Source: Rhizodiscina lignyota (taxonomy: Eukaryota). Taken from it: a stretch of 64,000 nucleotides of DNA. Under the pieces are notes generated by a model. It was not told where the DNA came from. It did no database searches and worked only from the letters and a program-made list of their open reading frames with translations. The DNA lies in assembly GCA_010015805.1 (NCBI GenBank), contig ML978129.1, positions 1,116,001 to 1,180,000 on the forward strand, written 5' to 3'. The position numbers and the translations under genes were made by a program. This document shows positions 35,142 through 47,516 of the stretch, piece by piece (the stretch's first letter is position 1; each line of letters opens with the position of its first letter).

Positions 35142-35558
35142 GGTGGATGCAAGGCCTCCGACTTGAAGATTCGAGAAAGTGATAATCCACGCACACTGAA
35201 AGCTGACTTGAAGGTGATGATACAAAAATAGCACGTGTGTAAGTACAGTGCGAACAGGCTCTGATATGGTGAAGCTACAGAGATATCACGACCACGGTGA
35301 CTACTCCAGCTTTGTAAAACGTGGCCATGAAACTAACATCCTTACAAACATAGTGGGTTGCTTCGAAGAAGGCCCAGCCGGCATGGATCAACTTCGGTTT
35401 TGCCGCCACCGCCAACCGCCGCGTTCGCGCTTAACGTTGCCTGTAGACGTAATGGATGTTGAAAATCTCTGCTAAGTAACTGTCGGCCAGACCACCGCAA
35501 CTTGGCCTGTGCGAATTTGTTGCCGTCCACCCTTCATTTGCATCAGGCTATCTTTCCG

Positions 35559-36006
35559 TCAGCCCCTCGCCAAATTGCATGAAGCCGACTCGGAATCAGC
35601 ACGGCCTGTAGTATCTATTTCGGCAATATTGTAAATGGGCGTAGCAGCTTCCTTCTCCAAATACGTCTTATGCGAAAATGAGGGGGAATGCTTGGTGAAG
35701 CTATCGAAGGTCGGAACGGATTGAGATCGTGGTATGAAGGCGAGCTCCGCTGTCCGTGAATGTCTCACTTGATGAGAGTATCGGACATATAGCGCGTCGA
35801 AGTCCACGTCGTGGGAGCCTTTAACTGCAATCTAAGTTGAATGTACAGCAGGAGCATCGGGACAAATGCAACATACTATTGTGGCGATTATTAAGGCGGC
35901 GTGCCTCCAGCCAGGCAAGGAAGGTCAACCAGGAACCGACTACTTGGATAATGAGAGTAGGTATACCAAGAAAAAGAGCAATCAGCGCATCAGATGATAG
36001 AGACAT
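35559..36006 (-). CDS. Small N-terminally anchored membrane protein, 2 exons
   Basis: MSLSSDALIALFLGIPTLIIQVVGSWLTFLAWLEARR; intron 35876-35825 (GTATGT..CAG) joins in frame to the ORF-track frame 35559-35807. Confidence 0.6.
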
Positions 36007-36919
36007 GATGACGATGATGGCATTCGAGAAGAGCTTTGACGGAAAGAGGCGTGGAAGACCACACCTTGCCACGTATTGTGAAAGATCTCTGATACAAATA
36101 CATTCATGCTGGGTTTGAGGCTGGATCCAAGGCCCGCTTTTCAAGTTAAGAGAGCTCTGCTCAATCTTAGTTCCGGCGTACCTCTTCAGAGTGCGCTTAG
36201 TGCGCGCGTTCGTCATTGGTGAAGGGGCAGGTCCGCAAAACAATGCAGCAATAGACGACGCGCGGGAGAGTGCAGGTTTACACGCTGCACATCACTCTAC
36301 CGCAGCAGACCGACATTTGGACATTTCTGTGTCAGCCTTGCAGGGGAAATACATGATCGCCTGCGTTCCTCCACGCCGACAGCTCGAAGCAAGACGGTTG
36401 GGATGGTTAAAGTTTGGGTCGGAGGCCGGAGATGGCGCCGGCGGGTAGCGTTACGCGCACCGTTGTGGGTGCTGTGCTCGAATTATCCCAGCCACGACTA
36501 ACCTCTTCTTGCAATGGCGGGCGGCATTTGTCTGCTGCAGCCAACCGACACGAACTTTAGGTAGCCAGTCGATCTTTCTTTCGTCTTCGGGTTCCTCCTC
36601 CGCCCTCCCGCCTCTCGGGAGCAGGGTTAATAGGCCCTTTGAGGCAGAATGCGTCTTCGGACCGTTTGCCCACATACTTCTGCGGATGTGCGCTATTGGG
36701 TGGAGAGCTTTGGTCGGCACTGGAATTCGTGCATATCGGGCAACGTCCACTCCTCTTCTGCCCCTATCGAAAGCCATTGTGGCAGCAATGTTAGTCTTCG
36801 CATATTTGTCGAGGACGACATCTGGGCTCTCTCAGTGGAAGATGACACCTTTGATTTCATTTCCAGAGGAAGTCTGCTTTCACTCAAATTTCGAAGGTCA
36901 GGCTCGAGCTTGATATGAA

Positions 36920-38994
36920 ATGAAGGAAACGGTATTGTCTGGGAGAAAGAAGCGAACACTCAATTACGACAAGTGCACGTATTGCAGAAAGGCTAAGAAA
37001 AGGGTTAGTGTATCGAAATGTTCTCTAACTCGGTTCCAGCCCGCGCTTCGCAGCCCTGTCTTTCAGTTCGTTGTGCTAAATATCATTCAATTCAATATAT
37101 AACCGATTGCGTACAGAAGGCTAGCACCGTTCCTCTGTGCGCCATGTCCATTAAACAAGAGTTACCGAGCTCAAGTTCTTTCTGTCACTTATTATCTGCG
37201 TTGAAAAGGAAACACTTTGATTTCTAAGGCTTTCCTTGAATCCCTACTCACTTGCTGGATTCCATACACTTGTCTTAGCTCTGCTGTCAGAACTGTTACT
37301 TGTGTGGATTGATGGCTATCAAGTACTGACACAGAGCAGTGCGAGCCAGTCACTCGTAAATGGCCAGGAGAGAAATGCAATCGCTGCCAAATCGAGGGGC
37401 TTCCATGTTCCGAAAATGAAGCACGAAAAGCTGGCGGGCGAACTTCAGCGCTATCCCCACCTGTTCCGTGAGTACATTAGAACTACACCATAACCATTGT
37501 AGACCTATTATCCCAGTTGTCCACTAATCCCATCGTAGCGACGATATCGAAACGATCCAGCATGCAACCATCGACTCAGATGCATGGTTCGATGGGCCAA
37601 TGCGGCAATTGCAAGATTTGTAAGCCATACTATAATCCCGTATCCTTCCAGTACCTAACCTTTCCGGTAGGCTTCTCAAGTCTGAAAGATCTGATTGGGA
37701 GCGACCTGGGCAGGTGAAACGACTGCTTACCTGCTTTGCTGCCCTGCACGACCTTAATGGACGAAGTTTAATCCACATATCCGCAATACACGGAGATCCG
37801 GAACTGTTCAAGCTTCTTGTTACGGGTACGAATGTCGATATCAATGCCAGAACCCCCTTTGGAGAGACTGCTTTGGGTCTGGCTGCACTCTATGGCCACC
37901 ACGCACTGGTCCAACTACTGGCTGATCGAGCAGACACCGATATGAACCTGGGCATTACAACTGGCGGGACAAATACAGCACCACTGACTATTGCAGTGAA
38001 TAGGCGCTACGAAGGAGTTGTAACAGTTTTCGCAAAGGATTTGCGGGTTAACGCTAATATCCGCGATACTTCCGGGAAAACACCGTTATGCCAGGCAATT
38101 CACCAAGGAGATGAGAACATCGCGATAATCCTTCTTCATCATGAAATGATCTTGGCCGATGATATCAGCGTAGACGAGCGGGCCCATGAACTACCTCTCC
38201 GACTCGCGGCGAGGCGAGGACTCCATCATGTTGTAAATGCCCTTATAGCTCGTCACGATGTGGATGTCAACAAAAAGAGTGGCTTGGAGAAGTCGAGTGC
38301 CCTCCACGCTGCTGCAACAGTCGGACAAAACCGAATAATTGAGATGCTATTGAAGCATCCCGACATTGATGTCAATTCTGTTGATATGCGCGACCAAACG
38401 CCATTGGCAGCTGCAATCAAGAATGGAGACTTAGATACCATCCAGATCCTACTCGATCAGCGCAAATGTAAAGCGACTGTGACAATGGAGAGCATGGGCA
38501 TGCATGTATTGAACAGGGAGGTGCGCCGAGTTCGCTGCGAGGATCACACGAGGATTTTTGTGAGCACCAATATCCAATTCATTAAGGATTTCTGGATCGG
38601 AGCATGTCTGAATAAACTGGAGAGGATCGAAGTGGCATTCTATTACTATTTACAGCCCACGGTGAGATCAGAATATTCTCATGGGCGGGTTTCTCAGTCG
38701 GTTAGCTTGGTCTTGAACTGGCATACAGACCTAATGAGCATTCTGCTGCAGCATCTCACTACCAGGGAACTAAACATGAAAGACAGCGACTCAACGACTC
38801 TGCTTATGAGAGCAGCATCATGCGGGAATGAGAATGTAGTCAGGATGCTGATGGAGCGAATCGATCTCGACGTGAACGTGGAAGATGCAACGGGAAACAC
38901 GGCCCTTCACATCGCGGAGCATAGTGGACGCGAGGCAATAGTCAAGCTGCTTAAGGAGAATAGCCATGTAGCATCAAGAGTATTCGGTTATTGA
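36920..38994 (+). CDS. Zn(II)2Cys6-like domain fused to ankyrin repeats, 4 exons
   Basis: Exons 36920-37003, 37340-37467, 37539-37619, 37671-38994, all GT-AG with consistent phases. They give CTYCRKAKKR/CEPVTRKWPGEKCNRCQIEGLPC followed by about 9 ankyrin repeats. Confidence 0.8.
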
Positions 38995-39197
38995 GGCACT
39001 TGAACAGTTTGTTCGTGTGCATTTGTCTCCCATCGATTCCGACTGTCTTCTGGGGACTTCCTGCAGTTGCAGCCTTGCGTATAAGAGACTGCTTTGGGTG
39101 CATTTCTCGAAGTGCCTGTCAATAGTGGAGGGAGGGCACAGTGCAATGCAGCTGTGAGATCAACTGTGCGATGTCCATACTTTACGGGGATGCGCAT

Positions 39198-40823
39198 TCA
39201 CCCGCCTTTTCTGGCAAACCTTGCAAGTGCCGGTCCGTATTCTTCTCGCTGTCTCTTCATTTTGTCGTTCTCTCTGTGATTCTGCTCTTTCAAAGCTGCT
39301 TCGAGCCTCAATCTCCTCTCATCAATGACGTTCTTCTGTCCCCTCTTCCTCAGATATCTCCTTAAGGCACTATTCTTGCCCCTTCCTCTGTTCTTCAATT
39401 TCTCCACCACGTCTTCTGGCTTTGCATCTAGGTCCCGATCGTTCTGTCTCTGTGCTTCAGAGCGCTGATCCAAATTCCCGACAAAGTCGGGATTGAGCGA
39501 GATCATCTCCGGCTGTATCTTATTCAGCAGCATCTTGACCTCGCCCTCTTGCCTCTGCTTCTTATTCTCATACGGGTTGGCCTCCAACGCATCGAAATTC
39601 GGCTCTCCAGCTCCGGGAACAATAATACTACTGAATCCTGCGTCATGCCCCACGCCCAACACGTCTTCAAACGGACACCACCTCACACGTTCGATGCGCT
39701 TGCCCTCACCTCCCCATGCCATGTACGGGCTTTGCACCTTGACCTGCTCGTCGACGTCCTCTATCGCCTTGTCGAACAGCCCCTTCCATATCGAGACTTG
39801 GGTCCCCCATCCGACTGCTGTGAGGTTGCGATCGCTGATCGCGATGGATTGGCCGGGTTGCCGGGTGAAGTACTTGTTGACTTCTTTGAAGGTGCGGATG
39901 TCCCATACGCTCATTTTGAGGTCTTGGCCTGTCGAGACCATATACCTGCCTTCGCGGTCCATGGCGAGACTTCGCACAGGGCCACGGTGGGTGAGCAGTT
40001 TGACGAGGGGTGTGGAAGAGTTGGGTGACCAGAGTGTGACTTGGCCGTTCGAGTGGCCAATATGAACTATCGCATTGTGTGGATTTTGTCCGAACGCTGT
40101 CGGTGGACCGAGTTTCGTGGGCGCCTCGAATATCTGCTGGCCAGTAGAGGTGTCGGTGTATCGGAGCCATCCTGGGTTCCCAACCGTCGCAAGCAGGAAG
40201 TGGTATGGCAGAAACTCCATTCCCGTCACCTCGACGAGTTTCGACAGCTTGTGTATCTCCACACCATTGTGATCATAGATGTAGACATGCTGCTTCTGCG
40301 CTACCGCAAAATGAAGGCTATTGTGTAACCACTTTGCATCGCGCACTGTCTCGCCGAGTTGCGTCTCACAACCCAGCTTCCCATCGCGCCAATCCACCGT
40401 CGCGATATGCCCTTTCCTCCCAGCCAGCAGTAGATCCCTTCCATTGCGTGTGTATTCAGCAACGTATGGCCCCAGCTCATTTAATTTCAACTCGAACCCC
40501 TTCTTCGCCGTCTCAACGCCGACGCTCTCCGCAATCTCATCCTGGCGGACCTTATACGTGCGCTCGAGCTCGCCTTCAGGTTCGAGGAATCCGGATGTGT
40601 TCTCGAGAAGGATTTCAGCATCCTTGGCAGCGAGTGCGGCATTCTGGTAGCGATGCTCGAGGCGCTTGAGATTTGCGCGCAGCTTCTTGTCCTTGATGGA
40701 TTTCGTGCGGATTTTGTCGCCGCGGCCGTAGGCTTTTTGAGCTTCGACGATGCGCTTCTTCTCGGCGGCTGCTTCGGGGTCGAGGGTGGCAGTGGGCGCT
40801 CGAGAGCGCTTTGAAACCTCCAT
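39198..40823 (-). CDS. UTP7: U3 snoRNA-associated WD40 protein Utp7 (WDR46/BING4)
   Basis: ERTYKVRQDEI, YTRNGRDLLLAGRKGH, EFLPYHFLLAT, C-terminal CPFEDVLGVGH..IVPGAGEPNFDALEANPYE..RQEGEV. Confidence 0.96.
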   Translation of the reverse strand: MEVSKRSRAPTATLDPEAAAEKKRIVEAQKAYGRGDKIRTKSIKDKKLRANLKRLEHRYQNAALAAKDAEILLENTSGFLEPEGELERTYKVRQDEIAESVGVETAKKGFELKLNELGPYVAEYTRNGRDLLLAGRKGHIATVDWRDGKLGCETQLGETVRDAKWLHNSLHFAVAQKQHVYIYDHNGVEIHKLSKLVEVTGMEFLPYHFLLATVGNPGWLRYTDTSTGQQIFEAPTKLGPPTAFGQNPHNAIVHIGHSNGQVTLWSPNSSTPLVKLLTHRGPVRSLAMDREGRYMVSTGQDLKMSVWDIRTFKEVNKYFTRQPGQSIAISDRNLTAVGWGTQVSIWKGLFDKAIEDVDEQVKVQSPYMAWGGEGKRIERVRWCPFEDVLGVGHDAGFSSIIVPGAGEPNFDALEANPYENKKQRQEGEVKMLLNKIQPEMISLNPDFVGNLDQRSEAQRQNDRDLDAKPEDVVEKLKNRGRGKNSALRRYLRKRGQKNVIDERRLRLEAALKEQNHRENDKMKRQREEYGPALARFARKGG

Positions 40824-41085
40824 AGTTTTCTCGGACGTAGTTATTATCGAATTGAAGCCATGATGTGAGACTGAGAACGTATGGACTGGCTGTTGAAGAT
40901 TCGAAAATTTGGGGCGCGAGATGCGATCTAGATCTAATCTTATCTAAGGCCAGGGTACGATATCCTTGTCGAAATTTTAGCCATTTAATCATTGCCCCAC
41001 GAACCTCAGAATATCTACACAAGACGGACAATATTTCAAACTGGCTTCTACACTTCCGTACCGCTTTAAGGCTGGTGGTAGCGGC
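40824..41085. promoter_or_regulatory. Short bidirectional UTP7/TSR1 promoter with RRPE-like elements
   Basis: 262 bp between ATGs; TCGAAAATTT near 40902-40911 and TCGAAATTTT near 40969-40978 resemble the AAAWTTTT ribosome-biogenesis element. Confidence 0.5.
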
Positions 41086-43641
41086 ATGGCTCCTGCCGCG
41101 GAGCATCATCACCATCGCAGCACAACCAAAGCTGCCCAAAAGCCGTTCAAAGCGAGACATGCCACCAAGAGCGCTCTCAAGGAGCGATCAAAAGGTACAG
41201 TTCAATGCATAGTACAGGATTAGCATTAGTGGCTCACCATAAATATAGGAAAGATAGACGGCCTTGAGAAAGGCATACGCCGAACGCCTCACCAACACGT
41301 CATGTCGAAACTAAATCGCCGCAACCAAGCGAAGCAGAAGCGATTGACGCACAATCTGGAGCATGCAAAAGCAACAAGCGTATTTTCAGGTCGAGATGCC
41401 GCGCCAAGGATGGTTGCAGTTATTCCACTTTGCGATGACATCGATATACAAGATGCGGTGCGGAGTTTTAATAAAAGCGTGGAAATTCCGGAAGATGTAC
41501 CCGCAGATGGCTTTGTGCGCATCAACGTGGACAGGTTCAAGCAAAAGATAACATTCCTCCAAATTCGAAGAGATATGCTTGCGGCACTAGATGCATGCAG
41601 AGTCGCGGACTTTGTGGTCTTCGTGATGTCAGCCGAGCAAGAGGTGGATTCTTATGGGGAGCTGCTATTGAAGAGTATCGAGAGCCAGGGCGTATCCAGT
41701 GCCTTTGCAACAGTACAGGTGGGTGAATCGTAGCCATTAGTATATGCATTGACTAACTTGTTGTAGCATCTGGACAAAATTGAACCGGCCAAGAAACGAC
41801 CACAAGTCGCAGCATCACTCAAGTCCTTCATCACTCATTTCTTCCCAACGATTGAAAAAGTTACCTCGCTAGACTCTCGGCAGGAGAGTCTTAACCTTGT
41901 TCGATCCCTCTGCACATCTACACCAAAAGGTATAAGATGGCGCGAAGACAGGAGTTGGATGATGGTTGAAGACGTACAATGGCCCTCTGCAAAACAGCCG
42001 GATACTGGTGACGCTGCTAAGGGCGAGGTCATATTGACGGGAGTAGTGCGAGGAAAAAGTCTCAAAGCAGACAGACTTGTGCAAGTCGGCGACTGGGGAG
42101 ATTACCAAATTGAGAAGATCACAGCGGCGCCACTTGAGACAAAAAAGAAGGGCAAAGACGACAACATGATGGTGGATGAGCAGTCAAACGATATCCTAGA
42201 ACAGCCGTCGGCTGATCAGGATGATATGGTGGAGCTGGCGCCTGAAGAGGTGGTCATGCAGGACACAGCAGACATGGCTGTATCCGTCGCGACGACGTCT
42301 CGAAAGGGTGTGCTACTCGACGACCATCACTACTTCTCCGATGAGGAGGAATACGAAGCGCCAAAACCGAAACGGCTGCCAAGAGGAACTTCGGAATACC
42401 AGTCTGCTTGGTATCTAGACGATGTCTCAGACTCAGGCTCCGACCTAACAGATGTCGAAGATGCAGACGAGGACGTCAGTATGGGAGGCGGTCCTGTCGA
42501 GCCGGCAGATGGCATTGAAGGTCTTGCTGGACCAGAAGCAATGACTGAAGGAGGGCCATCGGAGTATCCTCAGTCTGAGATGTTCCTCGATCCATCGCCT
42601 GATGATGAGGCTGAAGAACTTGCAGCCTACCGTGCGTCACGAAAAAATGAGGCAAAAGAAGATCTTGAGTTCCCTGATGAAATTGAGCTTCATCCTCAAG
42701 TACTTGCGCGTGATCGTCTCGCGCGATACCGCGGGCTTAAGAGCGCCAAAACCTCGCCTTGGGATACAGCCGAGGATGCGCCTTTCGAGCCAGCAGAATG
42801 GCGGAGACTATTGACAATATCGGATTATGGGCTTGCAAAGAGGAAAGTGCTGAGAGAGTCAACCGATGGAGGAGTTAAACCCGGCACACGAGTACACGTC
42901 CATCTGCGTGATGTTCCGATCTCGTTGCAAACATCACACCAGTCCGGCAATGTGCTCGCAATGTTCCAGCTCCTCCGACACGAGCACAAACGTGTCGCCG
43001 CAAACTTCAGCATCACTCTCTCCTCTGACCTCGAAGCTCCTATCAAGTCCAAGGAGCAGCTCATCATGCAGTGCGGTCCGCGCAGGTTCGTCATCAATCC
43101 GCTCTTCAGCCAGGCAGGCAACACTCCGAACAACGTGCACAAGTTCGAGCGATGGCTGCATCCAGGGCGCTCAGCGATCGCATCTGCTATTACCCCTCTG
43201 ACATGGGGCGCTGTTCCTGTCCTTTACTTCAAGCAGACCTCCGATTCTCTTGAATTTGTCGGAACTGGAACGTCTCTGCCCCCCTCGCCTGCTCGCGTCA
43301 TCGCAAAGCGCATAATCTTGACAGGCCATCCATACAAGATTCACAAACGCCTCGTAACGATACGCTACATGTTCTTCAATTCCGAGGATGTGCATTACTT
43401 CAAGAGCTTGCCGCTGTGGACGAAAAGGGGTAGGAGCGGGTTTGTCAGGGAGAGTCTGGGCACGCATGGGTACTTCAAGGCTGTGTTTGATGGCAAGATC
43501 AACCCCATGGATGCCATTGGCGTTAGTTTGTGGAAGAGATGTTGGCCGAGGAGTGCGAGGCTATGGAGTGGGGTTGTAGACACTGAATCTCATGAGGCAG
43601 ACGGGGATCACGGCTTTGCCGGAATGATCACAGGCGTCTAG
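41086..43641 (+). CDS. TSR1: Pre-40S ribosome biogenesis factor Tsr1, 3 exons
   Basis: HHHRSTTKAAQKPFKARHATK, RRNQAKQKR, IRWREDRSWM, TGVVRGKSLKADRLVQ, FPDEIEL, RYRGLKS, RYMFFNSEDV, ESLGTHGYFK. Confidence 0.96.
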
Positions 43642-43988
43642 TGTCTGTCCTTTGAGATAATTTAGAAGTTTGGCTGGACCATTTGGGTGGAAGCTGCGAT
43701 TCTACGAGAGCGGCGCTCACAGTTAAAGAGATTGCATATTCCTGAGACATTGCAGAGCCCATGTTAGGGGAGAATATCATGAACGCTTATTCGCCATCGT
43801 ATCAAAAGTCTCTATGTTTCGCAAAAGCAAAACGCACTGTACGTCTTGAGTGTCCAGATCGAGAGCCGAACGAGCACGCTCAGGTCTCTCGTCTACGAGC
43901 ATGGGTGTTGAGGAAAAGGAACATGGCTGAAACCGTCCATTACCGCAGAAAATATACGCCAGCCAAAAGGCAAAGCCAAGTCAATCTT

Positions 43989-45348
43989 TTACGCAGCTGC
44001 CGGAGCAGTCTCTCCCTCCTTCGCTCCTTCAGCCGCGGGAGCAGCTTCACCTTTAGACTCCTCACCCTCAACGCCCTCACCAAGTTGGTTCTCCGGCTTG
44101 TTCTCCACCGCGTCATCATCCTTACCCTTCTTCGCCCACTTCGGCGTCTTCGCCCACTGTGGATCCTGCCATGGTCCCGCGTCGCTCAGCATGCACCCGC
44201 CGTCGCACTCGCAGTCGCCGCCAAACTGCTTCGGCAGGTTCTCCTTCGGCACCTGTGTCAGCAGCTCCTTCTCATACCCGGAGCCCAGTACGTGAATCTT
44301 CGCGACGGTGACGGGGTCGAGGAAGCGCTTGACGACGCTGAACACGCCGGCGAAGCCCCAGGGAGCGTTGATGATGTACAATTTACCAAGGCGTTCAGGG
44401 TAGTAGTTCTGCGAAATGGCCGACGCCTGCTGCAGGTAGCCGTACACGGAGGGAGCGGAGCTGATACCGACGCCCTTGAGGTCCATGATTGTGCATGAGG
44501 TCTCGAGGAGTTGGCCGGCCTTACGGGAGCATGCGGGCAGACGTGGGTCGGCCATCTTCTCGTACTCGACGACGAGGTTCTGTAGCATGCGCTCGCCGGT
44601 GGTGATTTGGTACATCTTCTTGAGGTCGATCTTGCCGAGTTGCTCGACGTAGAGAGGGCGTCCGTCCTGGTATCATGTTCCATTAGACGGATGGTATTTG
44701 AGAAGTGAAAATAAGTCGATTTGGAGTTTATACCTTGTCAGTCTTGTGGTAATATTGCGGGTAGTACTCAAAGACCTTCGCCTTCTCGGGATAATCGAAC
44801 GTTCGCGTCAGTTCGTCCACGCCAACTCCGCCAAAATCTTTCCTCCAATTCTCGCAGTCAACGAACCTGCACAAATACCACCCACGTCAGCAATCCCAAG
44901 TTCCTATAGCAGTGCAGTAGATGCTCAAGGGCATTGCGAATGGATGAAAAACTGTGGAAGGGGGACGTACATCTTCTTCGAGTGCTCCACGTTGAACTTT
45001 CGCGCGCGCAGGAATCGCAGCTACAATCAAGTAGTAAGCCCCTAGCTCGAAGGACCGTATTGCAACTGTCCAGGCTGGTGATGGAACTGAATCCGCTTCG
45101 CATACCATCGTCAAAGTATCCAACCTCTCCGTATACCCCGCCTGCTCCAGCATCGTGCGCAATTGAAACACTATTCCTCCATCAGCACTTCCCACCTCCT
45201 AAACTTGCAATGCGTGAATCGTACCTTGCGCATCCTGCTGCTCAGTTGTGTGCCCTGGATGACCAGGCTTGGCCTCTGGCGCGGTGGTAGGAAAGTCGTA
45301 GTCGTCGTACTTCGGGTCGAGCTTCATCTCAGGGTTGTTCTGCGCCAT
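43989..45348 (-). CDS. SEC14: Phosphatidylinositol/phosphatidylcholine transfer protein Sec14, 5 exons
   Basis: [80 protein letters not shown]. Confidence 0.97.
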
Positions 45349-45910
45349 TTTGGAGGCTGGTGTAGTTCAACGACCGCAGAGGAGTGGAGGGTAGAGGTCT
45401 GATGTGAGCTGTAGGTCAGTGGGAGAGCTGTTCAGGCGAAATTAAAAGTTTTGGGGGGTGCTCTTACGGAGAGAGGGGATTCTGCTATCTCGAGGAAATT
45501 CGAGGACAGGATAAGTGCTCTAATAGAAAGGGGAGATGGAAAGGTGGATGTGAGCAAAAGATTTTAGGGATGGATCAAAGGTGAAGTGCTGTAGGTCATT
45601 GTGATGGTCTCAAAGTGGCAGTCTAGGTGAATGCTTGGCGGGATGACGTCCATTCAGGGTTCAGCGAACGAGACGGCGCCTGGGGTCAAATCATCGACGT
45701 GCCCCCACACACGTTCTCACGACCGAGATTCCTCACTTTCTTTGAGCTACCTAAGGTAGGAGGGTCCAGAACAAGTCATGATTCCGCATTTCCCTGGTAT
45801 TTACAGCATTATGCAATGGGGCCATACAATCTTCAATCATACAGCATGCCCGTCACTTCGTGAGGGTTCCACGTGCCCTTTGGATTGGCACCATCTGGAC
45901 TCCTTTGTCC

Positions 45911-47516
45911 TTATATATCCAGCATGCTCCTTATCCTTTGTGGCTGCGCTTGCTCCGAAGTCAGCGTCCGCCCCGTCAAGCCTGTCGCTCCACTAACGCC
46001 CGTGTTGGTCGTCATAACACTGACGCCATCACTCTCTCTCCTTGGAATCTCCAGCCTAGCCGTCAATGGAGTCTGCGACTCCGTCGGCGTGATCTCATCC
46101 CTAAACGGGTCTTCCGGCGGCCTGCTCCTCGACCTGTCCCTGAGCCCACTCATGTTGCCCAACTCGACGCCCGCGTTGTCCGCGCGTGCACTAGGCCTGC
46201 CCTGGTCCACCTCCGTTGTCAACGCTCGCAGGCGCTCCTCGGGCGTCATGTTGAAGTCCGATTTGCCCCACTGCCACCAGTGCGGCTTCTTCGTTAAGCC
46301 TAGCTCAGCGTCTATGGAGCGACCTCTCTCGGCGCGCTGTGCAATGATCCTCTTGTCCTCATTCTCCTCGAGCAAGCCGGCGACGTTGAAGATGATGATG
46401 ATAAGTAGCGCCGGTGCATAGCCCAGTCCGTACGGCCAGCCTGATTCGACATCGTACTTGAAGAGGCTGATGTTCCACCTCCATGACATGGCAATGCCGT
46501 ACGCAACCTTGATACCAAGGACAATGATGGTGAGGAATAGTTTTGTCGGGCAGTGGACGCAGAAAGTGTTGAAGGAACCGAAGAAACCGGTTCCCCTTGG
46601 CTTATAATGCTTTAGAGAATGGTGGAGAGAGAAGCAAATGACGACAAAAGCAACCGCGGCCAGTACTGAGCCAGCTTTGAATCGTACATCGGTTGCTGCA
46701 GGTGCCGCGATAGTCGCTTGCTGCCACGCATCATGCTGCTTCTCGATAGGACTCCAGGACCGGGGAATGGTCATGAAGAAGTTCTACACTCATGTCAGTA
46801 TCCGGTGTTCGGGTGAATGGAAAGAAGTCAAGTGAACGTACTAGCCAAGCAAAGAGATAAAAAACGAGCGGAAGATAGAACTCGGTCTTCGACCTCCTAT
46901 CATCGTCTCGCATAGTGAATGGATCAGCATCGAAAATCTGCCTCTCCTGCCACGATCCCCAGTGTCTGACAGCTTCCCACACCATGGCCAAACTCCCTGG
47001 CATCATCAGGCAGAAGAAGAAACTCTGCAAAACCACCGCAATATCCTGGAGATAATCCCTATCGACATCAATCCCCGTAATCGTGCTGATGAGGGCGCAT
47101 GCTGCCACAAACAACATCCAATACCACTGCCACCGTCTCCCGATGACTCTGAACCGCTTGTCCTCGCGCAAAAACAGCTGCCCGTGCTTCTTGAGGTTGA
47201 TCAAAGTGAACATGACGCTGACGGCGAAGAGCGCCGCAAAGGCTACGCCGGTAGCGCCGCGCGTTGAAATGTGCTTAATCGGTGCGTAGCAGGACGTTGC
47301 ATTGACGAAGGAGCCGTTCGAGAGCATCAAGGGCTGGTACATGTCGAAGATGAGGTAGCATTTCGAATTGTTCGAGAGTGTATTGTTGCTGTAGAGAGTA
47401 TAATTGAAGTGATTCAGTGCGGTGGTATTGAAATGTACGCCATTGATGACGGTGTCCGTTGAGTTGTCGCCATTGTCCGGGAATTTGACAATATCGCGAA
47501 GGTCGATGAGAGGCAT
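45911..47516 (-). CDS. Conserved fungal multi-pass membrane protein (DUF2434-like), 2 exons
   Basis: Glycosylation-site-rich N-terminus (NYTLYSNNTLSNNSKCYL), GRRWQWYW, WEAVRHWGSWQERQ, FYLFAWL/NFFMTIPRSW; family name from recall. Confidence 0.8.
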
